A stretch of DNA of 63,919 nt, counting the filler, from Licmophora abbreviata (taxonomy: Eukaryota): assembly GCA_900291995.1 (NCBI GenBank). It is 9 parts of 9 records of this genome, joined end to end, with 100 filler letters (N's around TTAATTAATTAA, not from the genome) between each part and the next. Parts side by side here need not be neighbours in the genome. Positions count along the whole stretch, not along the records: positions 22,542 to 31,570 come from OLMU01005391.1; positions 31,671 to 34,694 come from OLMU01005394.1; positions 34,795 to 37,364 come from OLMU01005398.1; 6 more parts are not named here. The stretch is one strand, 5' to 3'. The notes under the pieces are model-generated. The model did no database searches and was not told where the DNA came from. It saw nothing but the letters and a program-made list of their open reading frames with translations. Below are positions 23,151 to 35,201 of the stretch, one piece after another. The translations under genes and the position numbers were made by a program. Positions within the stretch are counted from its first letter, which is position 1; every line of letters begins with the position of its first letter.

Positions 23151-23337
23151 TACTAGTAGCACGATGGTAAGCATGCGATACTAAGGCAACAGAAGCAGCA
23201 GAACAATGGGGAAATATTTCTTCCTACTAGAGAGAGAGAGGACCCATCGTTGACAAGTAGTACACACGAAAATCAGTCCTCATCCCACCGCAAGGGTCGC
23301 CTCATCTCTGGATTTACACATTCCATACAAGCAGTCT

Positions 23338-23856
23338 TTAGTCCATGATACTGTTCGCCGCCGGTTGTCCATCCGTCAAGACAGTTCCACTGCTGGGCGG
23401 GATGTTGCTACTACCCCCCGCTTCTGCCTCTGCTTCGAGTACACTGACTTCTTCCCTTTTGCATTCAATCTTGGCCGTAGCGACTGCAATGTCTTTGCGG
23501 GCATTGTCAAAGGCAGCTCGAATCTTGGCTTCCTTGTCGGCCGTAGGAGTCGCCGTGTCGACCTCCAGCTGTTCCATGAGCTCGTAGACTTCGACGCCAA
23601 ACTTTTGTTTGCGGGACTTGATTTCTCGTTCCAAAAAGGCAACGTCGGTCTGGGATTTTGTTGTTGTCATGAGAGAGTGAAAAAGAATTCGTGAGAGATG
23701 TAAAATCGGGCAATTCTTGCAGTCGTTCGTACAGAATGACTCTTATACGTCCGTGCAGGACAGCATTAGTCTCACCTTGAGCATGGTTTTGGCGCCGGCG
23801 TCGACCATGCTCTTTCCCGCCTTCTTCATCTTGTCCATCCAATTGTTAGAAGACAT
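23338..23856 (-). CDS. Small coiled-coil hypothetical protein (2 exons)
   Basis: Exon 1 MSSNNWMDKMKKAGKSMVDAGAKTMLK, intron 23650..23775, exon 2 TDVAFLEREIKSRKQKFGVEVY in frame. Confidence 0.75.
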
Positions 23857-24573
23857 GTCGGCGTCGTCTTGTCTCGAGGGAGTAGTGCACGAAGAGAAAA
23901 TGGTGGAAGAATACTAAAAATAGAATGTATCAAATGCTTCTGGATGAAACACAGCGCGGCAGGAACGATTGATTCTCACACACGGAAGGGAAAAAAGTCA
24001 ACGGTCGTGCGCAATGCTTTCAAACTTCCCACGAAGCAGCGTGTGGAAAGCGAGACGTCCCTCTCTCAACGATAACTGTACAGGTCTGGCCGCCGACGTG
24101 GCCGTTGAGTCCAAAGTTTACATATGGTTGGACGGCGCGCGGGCGCGGATGCCCACCGCCTGTTGAACTTCCGCAACAGAGGTTGCGGTGCATGAAAACA
24201 TTTTCCTCTAGACTAGACTAGCGGAGATGCACCAAAATGTAGCATGGCAAGCATAGCTACGACGCAAGAAGCTATTTGTGGTGAAAGTGCTTCCGAACGG
24301 GTAGTTTTGGCAGACCAAGCTATTCTTACCCTATCCGCAACAATCCACGACTCTTCACCGAAGCAGCACCTTGCACACCTATTTATTGTTGTTGTTTTTC
24401 TATTCAATATTGCATAGATTCGATCCATTCATTGCTACTCCTACTCTTAATGTCATCGATTTTGATCGAACAAAGCATACCGATACCGCCATGACGGACG
24501 ACAGTACTCGCAAGCAGGCGCGCCATCTTTCGAGATCTGTCTTTCCTCTCTCACAAACAGATACTAGTAGTAC

Positions 24574-26192
24574 TTACACCATTTCTACCTTCTCCGTCAA
24601 TGGCTTCATGATATCCTCCTTCTCCAATCCCTCTGCATTCCTGCTCGAATCCACTTGTTCTTGTTTCATGTCCGACATACTATTGACACGCAAGCGCCTC
24701 TTCATCAAGACAACTTGCAAGATGGTCGCCACTCCCAACATGGCACCGTTCAGTCCAAAAGACTGCGTCGGAGTCAGATCTGTCAACAAGCTAAAGAGGA
24801 CAATGAAATTCAATGGAATCCTGTAGAGATTGTAAATGGCCGCGCGCTTGTCTTCTGGAACAATACTGCCCTTCATCGTTCCCATAATGGGAAAGTACAT
24901 GCCAACGCACATTTCAAAGACATTCATGGCAATGAAGGCGACGCTGTCGGTACTGCTCAAACAGACCGTCGTCATGGCGACACCGGCCACTGCAAAGACG
25001 CCAATCGCAAGGGCTTCGCCCTTGATGGTGTTGATCAAGATACTAAACAAGGAACTGCCGGCCATGCAGCAAACCATGAATGTGGAAAAGATGAGTCCGA
25101 ATGGGAGTGCTTCCTTGGAGTCGGCCGGGAGGTGGGCCGTGAGCGCGGGCGTCCACATGAAGACAAAAATGTACATGCTTCCCTCAAAGAGAGAGGAAAT
25201 GATGCCACAGAGGAAGATATCGCGACTGCGCATGGTAGTGACAAAGGCATTCCTCAAGCCATCGTACCAGGCCGGCGCCGCCCGATCACTGTCACTACTA
25301 CTGCGATCCGCACTAGTGCCATCGTCTCCGTAGTTTTCTTCCCAGAGTGAGCCTGCCATGGTCCCGCACAGCAACAATGCCATCAAGGCAATATCAAAGG
25401 GATTCAAGAATCCGCCCATGAAAATGACGCTGTCTTGTGCAGTGCCACCAAAAAGCGGGACCATTTCCGTCGAGCTGGCAGCCTTGTTGGCTAGAAGACC
25501 TGCACCGATGGCAATGATGCTGTTTCCGTAGGCCGCAGCACTGAAACTCTTGCTGAGGAGGGACTTGCTAATCTTGTTGTCGGAGTGGGAGCGAATGAGC
25601 CATGCTTCAAAGACACTAAAGAGGAGGGAGGTAGCGACGCCACCGAGCAAGCGACCCAGCATGAGCATGTTGAAGTCGTTGAAGTCTGTTATTGGGAGAG
25701 GAAGGCAGACAGAGGAGGTGAGTGAGTGCCGTGATTTTCGGTTACAGTGTGTTTCTCTGGTTTCGAGTATGTCCACTCACGCTTTGTCAAACAGCTCGCT
25801 CCGTAGGTAATGGCAAAGATAATGACAAAGCGTCGCCTTCCACCCCAATCGGCCATACCACCGATAAAGGAGCCAAAGACCATACTGGATCCGAATCCGG
25901 CTACAAAGAGGACGGCAATGGCATGCTGGGAGTATCCATAGGAGTCATAGAGGGCGTAGACGTAGGGTCCCTGGAGCCAATCGGAGAGTGTGGCGAGCAG
26001 GTAGACAATCAAGTACTTTCGGAGGATGTTCTGGTGCTTTTGTTTCATTTCTGCGTCGACGCCCTGATCACTACTAGAAGTAGAGGCAGCATTGCTGGAA
26101 CTACAGAACTTGTCCCACAGACCGCTGCTGCGAAAGGTAATGAGGACGTTCCAGATCAGGGCTACGCCAAAAATGACCGAATACTGGACCAT
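24574..26192 (-). CDS. MFSD5/MOT2-like molybdate-anion transporter (MFS)
   Basis: YLLATLSDWLQGPYVYALY, GRLLGGVATSLLFSVFEAW, SLFEGSMYIFVFMWTP, YNLYRIPLN. Intron 25686..25780. Confidence 0.9.
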
Positions 26193-26616
26193 GGCTGCTT
26201 TGATGAGTTTAAATTAGCAACGCACGAGCTGGAAAGGTCGCAAGCTTTCTTTTCTTGTTGCCAGAGACTCCAGGTATCCGGTAAATCCAGGGCAGCAATG
26301 ATACAGCGGCTACTGCTGGTCTCTTTGTTCCTGCCGGTCTGGCCTCCTTTTTTCAATGCAATGATGTCTCGTCGCGCAGTAGCTCTGTATATGATATTCG
26401 ACTCAATCGACTCACTCGTCTAGTTCCAATGACCGGAAGGAAAGAACATCATGTAAATATTCAGACATGAATACATGTATGACACAAAGTAAGTGTCGTC
26501 TGTGCGAAAGATCCAACGGTTCGAAATTCAATAAAGACACACAGTCACAGAAGTCAGGGTTGAAAGTGGGACCTACCGGTACATATCGTACCATACTGTG
26601 TCCTGTCTATGGCACC

Positions 26617-28218
26617 ATGATGCCTTCTCCTTCTCCCACACACACCCCTTCTTCCTCAGATGAAGATCTCACTGCTCGTCGTCCCCTCCCTCAGTTACAA
26701 CAAACGCACGAGGGCGAGCACCACAACGATCATGGCGGCCTGATTCCCATTACGCGCTCCACCTACTTGTACGCCTTTTGCGCCGCCCTCAATTCCTGTA
26801 ATTTGGGATACGACATTGGCGTTTCGACCAACACAGGTACACTCATTCAGCAAGAGTGGGATCTGACTGATACGCAGCGAGAAGTCTTTGTCGGGAGTAT
26901 TAACTTTTGGAGCATGTTTGGTGCGCTCTTGGCACACCATGTCAGTGATACCTACGGCCGGCGTCGGTCCTTTGTCACGGCGGCTGTGGGATTCATTCTG
27001 GGCGTTGTCATTATGGCATGTGCGCCGAATTTAACTGTCTTGCACGTTGGACGCTTCTTTGTGGGACTCGGGGTCGGTTTCGGACTGGCCATTGACCCCC
27101 TGTACATTGCAGAAGCATCGCCTGCACAGCATCGTGGAGAACTGGTCACGTGGAGTGAAATTGCCACCAATGTAGGGATCGTCTTGGGTTTCGCCTCGGG
27201 ATTGATCTTTTATGAATTGGACGATGACGTCGAGTGGCGTGTCATGTTTGCCATGGGAGGTGTTCTGCCCATGCTCATGATTGTACTGGTACGATTCGTC
27301 ATGCCAGAGTCGCCGCGATGGTTGGTGGCGAAAGGGAGGGAGGCGGAAGCCATGCGAGTACTGCAAACGATATATCCTCCGAATTACAATGTCGAACCTG
27401 TCGTGGATGACATTAAAGAGGCACTGCTCCGAGAAGAACAAGCCGAACGTGCCGTTGGGTGGAATGTCATTCTTCATCCTACACCTGCTATTCGAAGAAT
27501 GCTCCTCGTCGGTGTGGGGACGGCCGTGGCGCAGCAGGCGACGGGAATCGACGCGATTCAGTACTATCTCATTGATGTCTTGGACGAAAGTGGTGTCAGC
27601 AGTGACAAGGCCCAGTTGGGAATATTGATCCTACTGGGACTGGTGAAGCTCGGATTCATCTTTGTCGGAGGCTTGTTGTTTGATCGCAAAGGCCGACGCC
27701 CTTTACTCTTTGCATCATTGGGAGGCATGGCATGCGCACTCCTCCTCGTCGGCATCATGTTCTTCTCCACCTCCAAGGAATCCACTGGCTTTGCCATCTT
27801 TGGCTTGGCCCTCTACATGGCCTTCTTTAGCATCGGCATGGGCCCCGGCGCTTGGCTCATCCCCAGCGAAGTCTTTCCCACCAGCATCCGCGCCAAGGCC
27901 ATGTCGGTGGCGACCTTTCTGAACCGCGTCACGGCCACCCTGATGGCCAGTACCTTTCTCAGTACTGCCAAGGTCCTCTCGTGGGCCGGCTTCTTTTTGT
28001 TGCTGGCGGGCGTCTGTCTCATTGCACTCGTTTTTTTGTATTTTTACTTGCCCGAAACGAGGGGGCGGTCTCTGGAGGACATGTCCATGTACTTTGCGGA
28101 AATTACGGGAGATGAGAGTATTCTAGAGGCGGAAGCAAAGATTATGGCAGAGCAGCTCCCGACTGTGGAAGAGACGACTGTGGAGGAACCGAGTAGACAA
28201 GACGCGGAGCTAATCTAG
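26617..28218 (+). CDS. MFS sugar-porter (polyol/inositol transporter-like)
   Basis: GYDIG, SDTYGRR, PLYIAE, PESPRWL, QQATGID, PETRGRSLE. Intronless. Confidence 0.93.
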   Translation: MMPSPSPTHTPSSSDEDLTARRPLPQLQQTHEGEHHNDHGGLIPITRSTYLYAFCAALNSCNLGYDIGVSTNTGTLIQQEWDLTDTQREVFVGSINFWSMFGALLAHHVSDTYGRRRSFVTAAVGFILGVVIMACAPNLTVLHVGRFFVGLGVGFGLAIDPLYIAEASPAQHRGELVTWSEIATNVGIVLGFASGLIFYELDDDVEWRVMFAMGGVLPMLMIVLVRFVMPESPRWLVAKGREAEAMRVLQTIYPPNYNVEPVVDDIKEALLREEQAERAVGWNVILHPTPAIRRMLLVGVGTAVAQQATGIDAIQYYLIDVLDESGVSSDKAQLGILILLGLVKLGFIFVGGLLFDRKGRRPLLFASLGGMACALLLVGIMFFSTSKESTGFAIFGLALYMAFFSIGMGPGAWLIPSEVFPTSIRAKAMSVATFLNRVTATLMASTFLSTAKVLSWAGFFLLLAGVCLIALVFLYFYLPETRGRSLEDMSMYFAEITGDESILEAEAKIMAEQLPTVEETTVEEPSRQDAELI

Positions 28219-28361
28219 AGCAAACAACACGCGCGCGCGCAAGAGTCAAGTATTCTCGGTTCTATTGAGCATAGGCGCTCACTCCTCAATTATAGTATAC
28301 GATGTAACAACGAGACTACTACGAATTCGTTCCATCCGACTTGTACAGCTCCTTTATAAAT

Positions 28362-28813
28362 TTACTCCTTCACTGGCTTTCCCCGCGGCACCTCTGGTAC
28401 TACAATGTGCATTCTGCGGTTTGCCGCCGGAGGTTCCGGTTGTTGGACCGTGTCGATGAAAAAGTAGAGACCCACAAAGAGACTCAAGCCTCCCATCCAC
28501 GAGAATAAGCCCTCTTTCGATGAGATGTGCTGACAATCAAAGTCAAAAGCAAGCTCCGGAGCCACGCCATCGTCAAAGACCGCATCGGCTTGCTCTGTCA
28601 ACTGCGAGTGATGATCCAATGAAGGAGTACATGAGATTCCATATTCCTGTACTTCAGCGGGTACATTTCAACGACACGACGGAATCTTACCTTCTGACTG
28701 GGAACTGGAATACGCGCAAAGGGTGGCAGCGGCGGGGAGGCTCCTCCTCGCAATGCTGTGGAGCGGGTCGCCACCACCGAGCGACGTAGGAGAGGAAGCA
28801 ACGGAGAGCTCAT
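28362..28813 (-). CDS. Mitochondrial complex I accessory subunit, NDUFB8 (plant-type)-like
   Basis: Presequence ...STALRGG; FDDGVAPELAFD...LFSWMGGLSLFVGLY resembles plant NDUFB8. Intron 28602..28690. Confidence 0.7.
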
Positions 28814-29132
28814 GAGGGTGCAACGAAAGGAATAAAAACGAGAGACCAACAGGAAGGCGAAGTATGGATGACGTTCGCGGATGCTGTTGCTGTTTGGGCA
28901 AAGAGAGAGCTCGAGAGGATGGTCTTGCGGGGAGGGTTTTGGACAATTTCAAATTCTTAGAAATCTAAAAAAAGAAATTTCACGCTTTTTAAAAATATGG
29001 ATGGTAGCTTCCGTTCACTGGCAGAGACCTCTGTCTATGAAGAGCAGAAATAAGTACATGGTCTTCCCTTTGTATGAGTGATGTGAGTCCGTCGACGCTT
29101 GTCCATTCGCCCTTGCTACTGTCGATCCATCA

Positions 29133-31409
29133 TTATTGCACGCTCGCAGCCGCTCTGCTGACACTGAGAACGGCCGCTGCTCCTTCAATCCGCTCGGCAG
29201 CAGCGCGAACCTGATTCTCAGCAAGCTCGAGGTCGCCATCATTTAGAGCCTGTTGAATACCGGGGAAGGCCTCGGCCGCGTACCCGAGATCCATCCCTGG
29301 GGCCTGCAGAATGTGTTTGAACCACGGCCGACCTGGCAGACCCGCCTCGGTCAAGAACTGTCGTTCTGTCAGTCCGAGTTTTTCGTTGCACGTTTGCTCG
29401 TCCAGAGACGGACTGTCTCCTGTGCACGCCGATTGCAAAGCACCTGCGGCTTGCTGGTAGTGATGAACGGCCGACTTTAATGACGTGAGATCGAGCCCAC
29501 ATCGTTGGTCCTGGATGGCGCTGGTGTAATTGAAGAGGGCATCCGCTTGAACAACATGGTCCACAGGTAGAACGGCACTGTCGGCCAGTCGCAGAGCCAG
29601 CAAGCCCCAGATCTTGGCCGCGAACGCCATGAGGTCAAAGGCCGACCCTGGCTTGCCATCCGTTCCTCCGAACGCATCCATCCACGCAAACGAGTCGTAA
29701 ATGGAATGATACTGCCCATAGGTGGTTTTCTTTCCAAACGAAAAGTCCAGACTCGCTATACCAAAGTGATCCAGAAACACCGTGTAATCACTGCCTGACC
29801 CAAGCATCCCCTCCTTTGGACGTTCTTGATGCAGCAGCCAGTTGGTATTGGCATCTCTCACAGTACCCCGAGGACCATTTCCAAAGTCCACATAGTGCTC
29901 TGATGAAGTATCATTGTACAAATCATCCAGCACATGCTCCCACAGTCTCGACAAGGACGGCGTCGTTTCAACAGACAATATATCTCCCGAAACCACCGTG
30001 TCGACATTGAGATAGGCCACTGCGCGTTGAATCTTGTCGTGTTGCAATTCCGCCCACCCTGTGCTTCCCAACAGTCCATACTCTTCCCCCGACCATGAGA
30101 GTAGATAAATGGACCGCCGCGGCGTCCAGCCCGTCTGAAGCAACTGGCCGAGTCCCCGAGCGACTTCCAACAAGGAGGCAGTCCCGCTATTCGGATCGGC
30201 AGCACCGTAGACCCTGTAGCATCGAACAAAGGAGGGCATCAGTAAGATGCACGCATGTGTGTGTGAAGAATTAGAACAGCAACACGCATAATGATACAAT
30301 ACGCACCATGCATCTCGATGATTTCCCAACAAGACGGGCATGTCCAGCTCGGGAGGCAGCGACCCCGGAATATACCCCACTACATTCGGGATCGTGGTAA
30401 TGGTCTCGTGGTTGCGCACTGTCATTTGCACTACCGTATTGTTGTAGGTCAAAGACGGCCCCACGGTATAATTTAGATTCGTCAAACCTCCTTGAAAGTC
30501 ACGAAAGACTTGCAGTGCCGTCGGACCGCCCAAGTTGTGCAAGAGCGGCAGTGCATCGCCATAGGAAATCGGCAGACTGGGAATTCTCGGAATCCACTCG
30601 GTGTAGTTCGAAATACCACAAATCGTCTGCAGCGTTTGATTCCTCGCTTGATACCTCGGATCCACCCGCATCGGATCCCCCGCACACGCACTGTTAAACT
30701 GCACCGATCCCCGCTGCACTCCCGTGTCTGGCCTCCAGGGCCCCTGTGGATAAACTTGTCCCTGAGTGTATCCATCCTCGTACGGGTCACTGTACAACAA
30801 GACGCCGAGTGCTCCGTGCGATTGCGCATTCCTTACTTTGAGTCCTCGAAAGCACTTTCCATAGCGCATGAGAACAATGGTATTGTGGACGGAAACATTG
30901 TGAGTGTCAAGAGCTTGAAAGTCACTGGGACGTCCGTAATTGGCAAAGACCAGAGGAGCCGTGATGCTACCAGAGGGAGAGTATCCATGAAAGGTATGAT
31001 TGCGCCAAAAGGTGTCGGACGTAGTGTCCAAGAGATCTTCCGAGAGGGAGGCAGAAAAGTAGAGTTCGTCTTGTTGTTGACTACGAGCAGTCGTTTCGTT
31101 GTTCCACAATTGAAGGTGCGGCCGTTCCGAAGGATAGTTCAAGAGTACTTGAAGGTAATCTATGTCCACGTGTTGGATTCCCGACTCCAGCATGGTGTCG
31201 CGGACGTACTCGGCCAGGAGGCTGTCGCCCAAGGTCCCGGCCACGTGAGGCATGGACGTGAGGATCTGCAAGTGCTGGCGCGCGGAAGCTGCGGTTGGGA
31301 CCTGCAAGAAGGAGTCTTCTTTCGGTGTAAACTGGAACGAGTGGCATACCTGTACTAGTAGAAGTAGTTCTGAGAGGAGGAGTGGAAGAGGGGGGGAGTG
31401 GAAAGGCAT
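29133..31409 (-). CDS. Glutamate carboxypeptidase II / transferrin-receptor-like M28 peptidase, secreted
   Basis: PHVAG, VFANYG, GVQRGSV, GNHRDAW|VYGAADPNSG, SWSGEEYGLLGS, YHSIYD, LPGRPWFKH. In-frame intron 30214..30306. Confidence 0.93.
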   Translation of the reverse strand: MPFHSPPLPLLLSELLLLVQVCHSFQFTPKEDSFLQVPTAASARQHLQILTSMPHVAGTLGDSLLAEYVRDTMLESGIQHVDIDYLQVLLNYPSERPHLQLWNNETTARSQQQDELYFSASLSEDLLDTTSDTFWRNHTFHGYSPSGSITAPLVFANYGRPSDFQALDTHNVSVHNTIVLMRYGKCFRGLKVRNAQSHGALGVLLYSDPYEDGYTQGQVYPQGPWRPDTGVQRGSVQFNSACAGDPMRVDPRYQARNQTLQTICGISNYTEWIPRIPSLPISYGDALPLLHNLGGPTALQVFRDFQGGLTNLNYTVGPSLTYNNTVVQMTVRNHETITTIPNVVGYIPGSLPPELDMPVLLGNHRDAWCVLYHYACCCSNSSHTHACILLMPSFVRCYRVYGAADPNSGTASLLEVARGLGQLLQTGWTPRRSIYLLSWSGEEYGLLGSTGWAELQHDKIQRAVAYLNVDTVVSGDILSVETTPSLSRLWEHVLDDLYNDTSSEHYVDFGNGPRGTVRDANTNWLLHQERPKEGMLGSGSDYTVFLDHFGIASLDFSFGKKTTYGQYHSIYDSFAWMDAFGGTDGKPGSAFDLMAFAAKIWGLLALRLADSAVLPVDHVVQADALFNYTSAIQDQRCGLDLTSLKSAVHHYQQAAGALQSACTGDSPSLDEQTCNEKLGLTERQFLTEAGLPGRPWFKHILQAPGMDLGYAAEAFPGIQQALNDGDLELAENQVRAAAERIEGAAAVLSVSRAAASVQ

Positions 31410-31570
31410 GGTTCATGCGTTCGTTGGACGTCGTTGATAGTTGATACATCATGGTCGCCAAGCAAGTCTGGTCGCCGATCTGAAAGTCTATGAAAGAGAC
31501 TTCGATGGGACGGCGGACGATCAGACGACGCCAGTCCGTCGATACGAGTACTTGTAGTAGCTGAGATGTG

Positions 31571-31670
31571 NNNNNNNNNNNNNNNNNNNNNNNNNNNNNN
31601 NNNNNNNNNNNNNNTTAATTAATTAANNNNNNNNNNNNNNNNNNNNNNNNNNNNNNNNNNNNNNNNNNNN
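31571..31670. other. Assembly spacer
   Basis: N-TTAATTAATTAA-N. Confidence 0.98.
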
Positions 31671-32611
31671 GTGGCGATTGAACGTCTCTCTTATTGCATG
31701 AGGCTTGTGCCTCGGTAGACTTACTAAGTAAGACATATTTTGCCGAAAATAGAAATACGTGTCCTTCTACCGGTTCGTCCCATCTCATCAGGCCTCGTTA
31801 AAAAATAGCTTGGAGGCATTCTTTTGGGTCGAAGTAGTCAAAGTGGCAACGAAACTGTCTTCATGGCAACCTGCCGACACGACACAACTGTATTGAACAT
31901 GTGGTGTGTGGGGTCGTGGCTCTTGTCACCATGAATGAACCGGATGATGCAAGGGCGACGAGAAAAGAGCTGGATGTTCGTCTCGAAGGGGCTATGTATG
32001 ACAGATTTCCTTGGGAATGAGATTATCCAGAAAGAACAGAGGTTATATACCCTTAGCTTCACGTATCTTTGCGCTCGAACATATATAGCTGTGCATTCTG
32101 GCTGTATCTGGCCGAGAGGAGACGGGGCAATGAACGCTTCAGGAGTTTCTTGACTCGTGCTGCAGTTCTCTCTTGGAGAGAGTGTGAGAGACGGACGACT
32201 CATTGCTATCTTATTTGGACCTTGCTTCCAAGAGCCTCACTTGAGCATGAAATCTTGGGACAACGTCAGTCTTCGACCCTACATTGAAAAATCTGGCTCG
32301 TGAAGCCTCTAGGCGATCGCATGCATGGAGCTATGCTATACCTGCGGCGAGAAAGCTACGACATAGCAGCGACTCTTCGAGCTGTTGTGTACTCGGAACG
32401 AATTGGACGTTCGTGCGTACCTCTAAAATTTCGAGCTGGTATGCAGCATGCGTAGGCCGATTTGAAAATTTCGGGGAAGTACTGGTCGCTACTGGTGTGA
32501 TGGATGCACACTACATGCAGCTTGAAAAAAAACATTCGTATTCATACTATTTCTGCGTTACGAGTGGAGGACACAAGGAACTCGAGTAGTGCCCCCGGAA
32601 GGAGAACGACG

Positions 32612-34694
32612 ATGGCCATTTGCTCTATTTGTCTCGACGACGTGGAGGCACTCGATTACGAATGCGTGGGTGATGGAACTACGTGCCATTATCAGCTGTG
32701 CGTCTCGTGTATCAAGCTAGCCTTTCAAGATACCTCAGGCGCCAACTCAAACAGCTGTCCCATGTGCAAGACTCCTATGGCGAGGAACATATTGAAAGCA
32801 GTGTGTGGGGAGGGCGCTATCAAGGCGGTCGAGAAGGAACTTCGAACCAAGGTGGAGTTTGACGTAAACCACGAGTACATGAGGAAGCTGAGGGGCCGGG
32901 AGGAGATGAAGAAAATGACGGAGCGGGCGGGGGAGCTCTACAATCAGCTCTCTAATCAACTAAACATGAAATGCCCTCGTTGTCAATTGGTCTTCTTCGA
33001 CTACACCGGCTGCAACGCTCTCACGTGTGCCAATGAAACATGCGGCGCAAAGTTCTGCGCAGTATGCCTAGAGGACTGCGGAAGTAATGCCCACGGACAT
33101 GTTCGTCAACAGCATGGTGATCTGTTTGATAGAGGCATGTTTGAGAACGCGCGAAGGAATCGAGAGAAGACCATCACCAAAGTGTTTTTCGCGAGTCTAA
33201 CCGACGAGCCGTTCGAGGTCAAGCACCTTGTCAAACAGCTCTTCGACAAGACATCATTCGATGGAACCGAAGATCCCAAGGACGGACAGTCGGGCACAGC
33301 GTTTCTTGCAAACGCCAAAGCCAAGCTAACGGAAGCTGTCAGAAAGGATCGCCTCGCTGTGTTAAGCGACGCCGAGGCAACCGACTTCAGGCGCCGTGGC
33401 CTGCGAATGGACGACGTGTCTCCGCGCTCCGTCATCCCTGAAGACTATCAGTTGTCTCTTGTCGATAGAGGCTCAAACGTCTACACCATTCGACTTCGAG
33501 TAAGAGATGTTGCGGGTGACTGGAAAGAGATTCCTCTACCAAAGCAGGGGAAAGATCACAATCGCAAGCAAGATGACAATGACTGGATTCGCCCTCAGGT
33601 GGATTCTCTTGCTAACATTCAGTACTCACTTCGATGCGGAATAGTGGCTTTTCAGGGTGCCACAAGCCTTTATCAGACACAGACCGTAAGGCCCGCCAAA
33701 GGCACCAAATTGAACGACGGTGAGGTATCAATCATTTTCGGGAAGATTGATCGATACGGTTGCGTGGGTCACAAGGGCGAACTGCCGGGAGGCTTTGGAC
33801 CGACCGTCATCGGAATCAATCAAAATCTGAGACTGATTCTGCTCGAAAAACACGTTGACGAGAAAGCAGACAACGAACTCATGTTCGACCCGCTTCGTGT
33901 TTTCATGGGATACAAGCGACCGACATACGTGTTCAGTTCCATTTCCATTCGGGCGCCAACCACGTTCAACTCGCTCAACACCATGCAACAAAAGGTGGCC
34001 CATCCTTTGACACTGCAGACTGCAATGGAGGTAGCAGGACCACCTGGCACAGGCAAGAGCTTTACGATTACGGAGCTTGTCCGTTCGATTCTTGATTGTA
34101 CAGCCGCGGACGTGATTGTATTATCGGAAAGGAACGGAGCGATCGACGCTATTGCCGAGAAATTCGCCGACGCGTGTCTGAAGCGGTCAACGTCAAAAAT
34201 CCTTGGAGTGCGCAACGTTCAGATGTGGATCGACTTGATTGCGTTCGGTTCCAGTGGTGTTGGACCATCTACGAGGCTCTTCACTCTTGAAGAGAAGCTC
34301 ACGTGAGTCAAAATGTCGTTGATGCGTAGGTGTAAACCGCCACTTATTTTCACCGCGCCACAGCAACTCACCTGACTCTTGGGTCATTTCCTAGGTACCA
34401 CCCGGAGCTTGTTGAACTCCGTCGGATCAAGAAGGAAAAGGAGGCGTTACGCGACGATCTAGCGAGATCGATGCGTAAGGCTATTGTAAAAAGGATTGAA
34501 GATATGGATTCAACGATACCGGACAATGAGGTCTTCCAGAAGACTAGGCTCATCGACGGCAAGAAGGAGCCAGGGCTCGAAACACCGTGCCTCATCATCG
34601 GTGCACTGGGAGCTTGCGACAGGACTCTCTTGAATATTCTTAGATCCGACGTGAAGATCCTCCGGGAAAAGGACGTTGAAGACGTGGTGCTCAA
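32612..34694 (+). CDS. RING + RBR-type RING2 (Rcat) E3 module fused to Upf1/DNA2-like SF1 helicase; 3' truncated by gap
   Basis: CSIC...CHYQLCVSC...CPMC; CPRC...GCNALTC...CGAKFCAVC...HGH; LNTMQQKV, GPPGTGKS, VLSERNGAIDAI. Intron 34303..34394 continues in frame (EEKLT-YHPEL) to the gap. Confidence 0.82.
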
Positions 34695-34794
34695 NNNNNN
34701 NNNNNNNNNNNNNNNNNNNNNNNNNNNNNNNNNNNNNNTTAATTAATTAANNNNNNNNNNNNNNNNNNNNNNNNNNNNNNNNNNNNNNNNNNNN
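34695..34794. other. Assembly spacer
   Basis: N-TTAATTAATTAA-N. Confidence 0.98.
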
Positions 34795-35201
34795 AGAATA
34801 TAATGCCGAAATGTGACGCGAGAAATGAATAGGTACCGATCCCTTCACTAGTCATGCAGACCACTGTACTGGGGAAAGATGCAAAGTAGCTCGAGAGAAG
34901 TACAATGTACATATACCTGCACTACAGTCGTTTAAGTTGGACAACCATGCACGGTACCGCACCCTAAAAACCATGATAACTGATAACCTAATGAGGACAA
35001 GGTTTTCAATGATTTGACTTCTCAGACTAAAACACGTCAGTGGCGCGCCATCAGCATCTCAAAACCTTTCGAACATGACGATGGTGGGGCGAGCCGTATT
35101 GAGAAAGACGCTGAGTGGTGACCCAAAGGATCGGTATCCATCCCCTCGACGCAGCACCGCGTACACCCTAAGGAGACGAGTCGACAGCACTATCTGTTGC
35201 A

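Noticed and set aside
31671..32600. Gene-free stretch upstream of the E3-helicase gene as a possible transposon or Helitron end
   Set aside because: No terminal repeats, hairpin-CTAG end, or transposase/Rep motifs recognised. The helicase motifs are Upf1-like, not Pif1-like.
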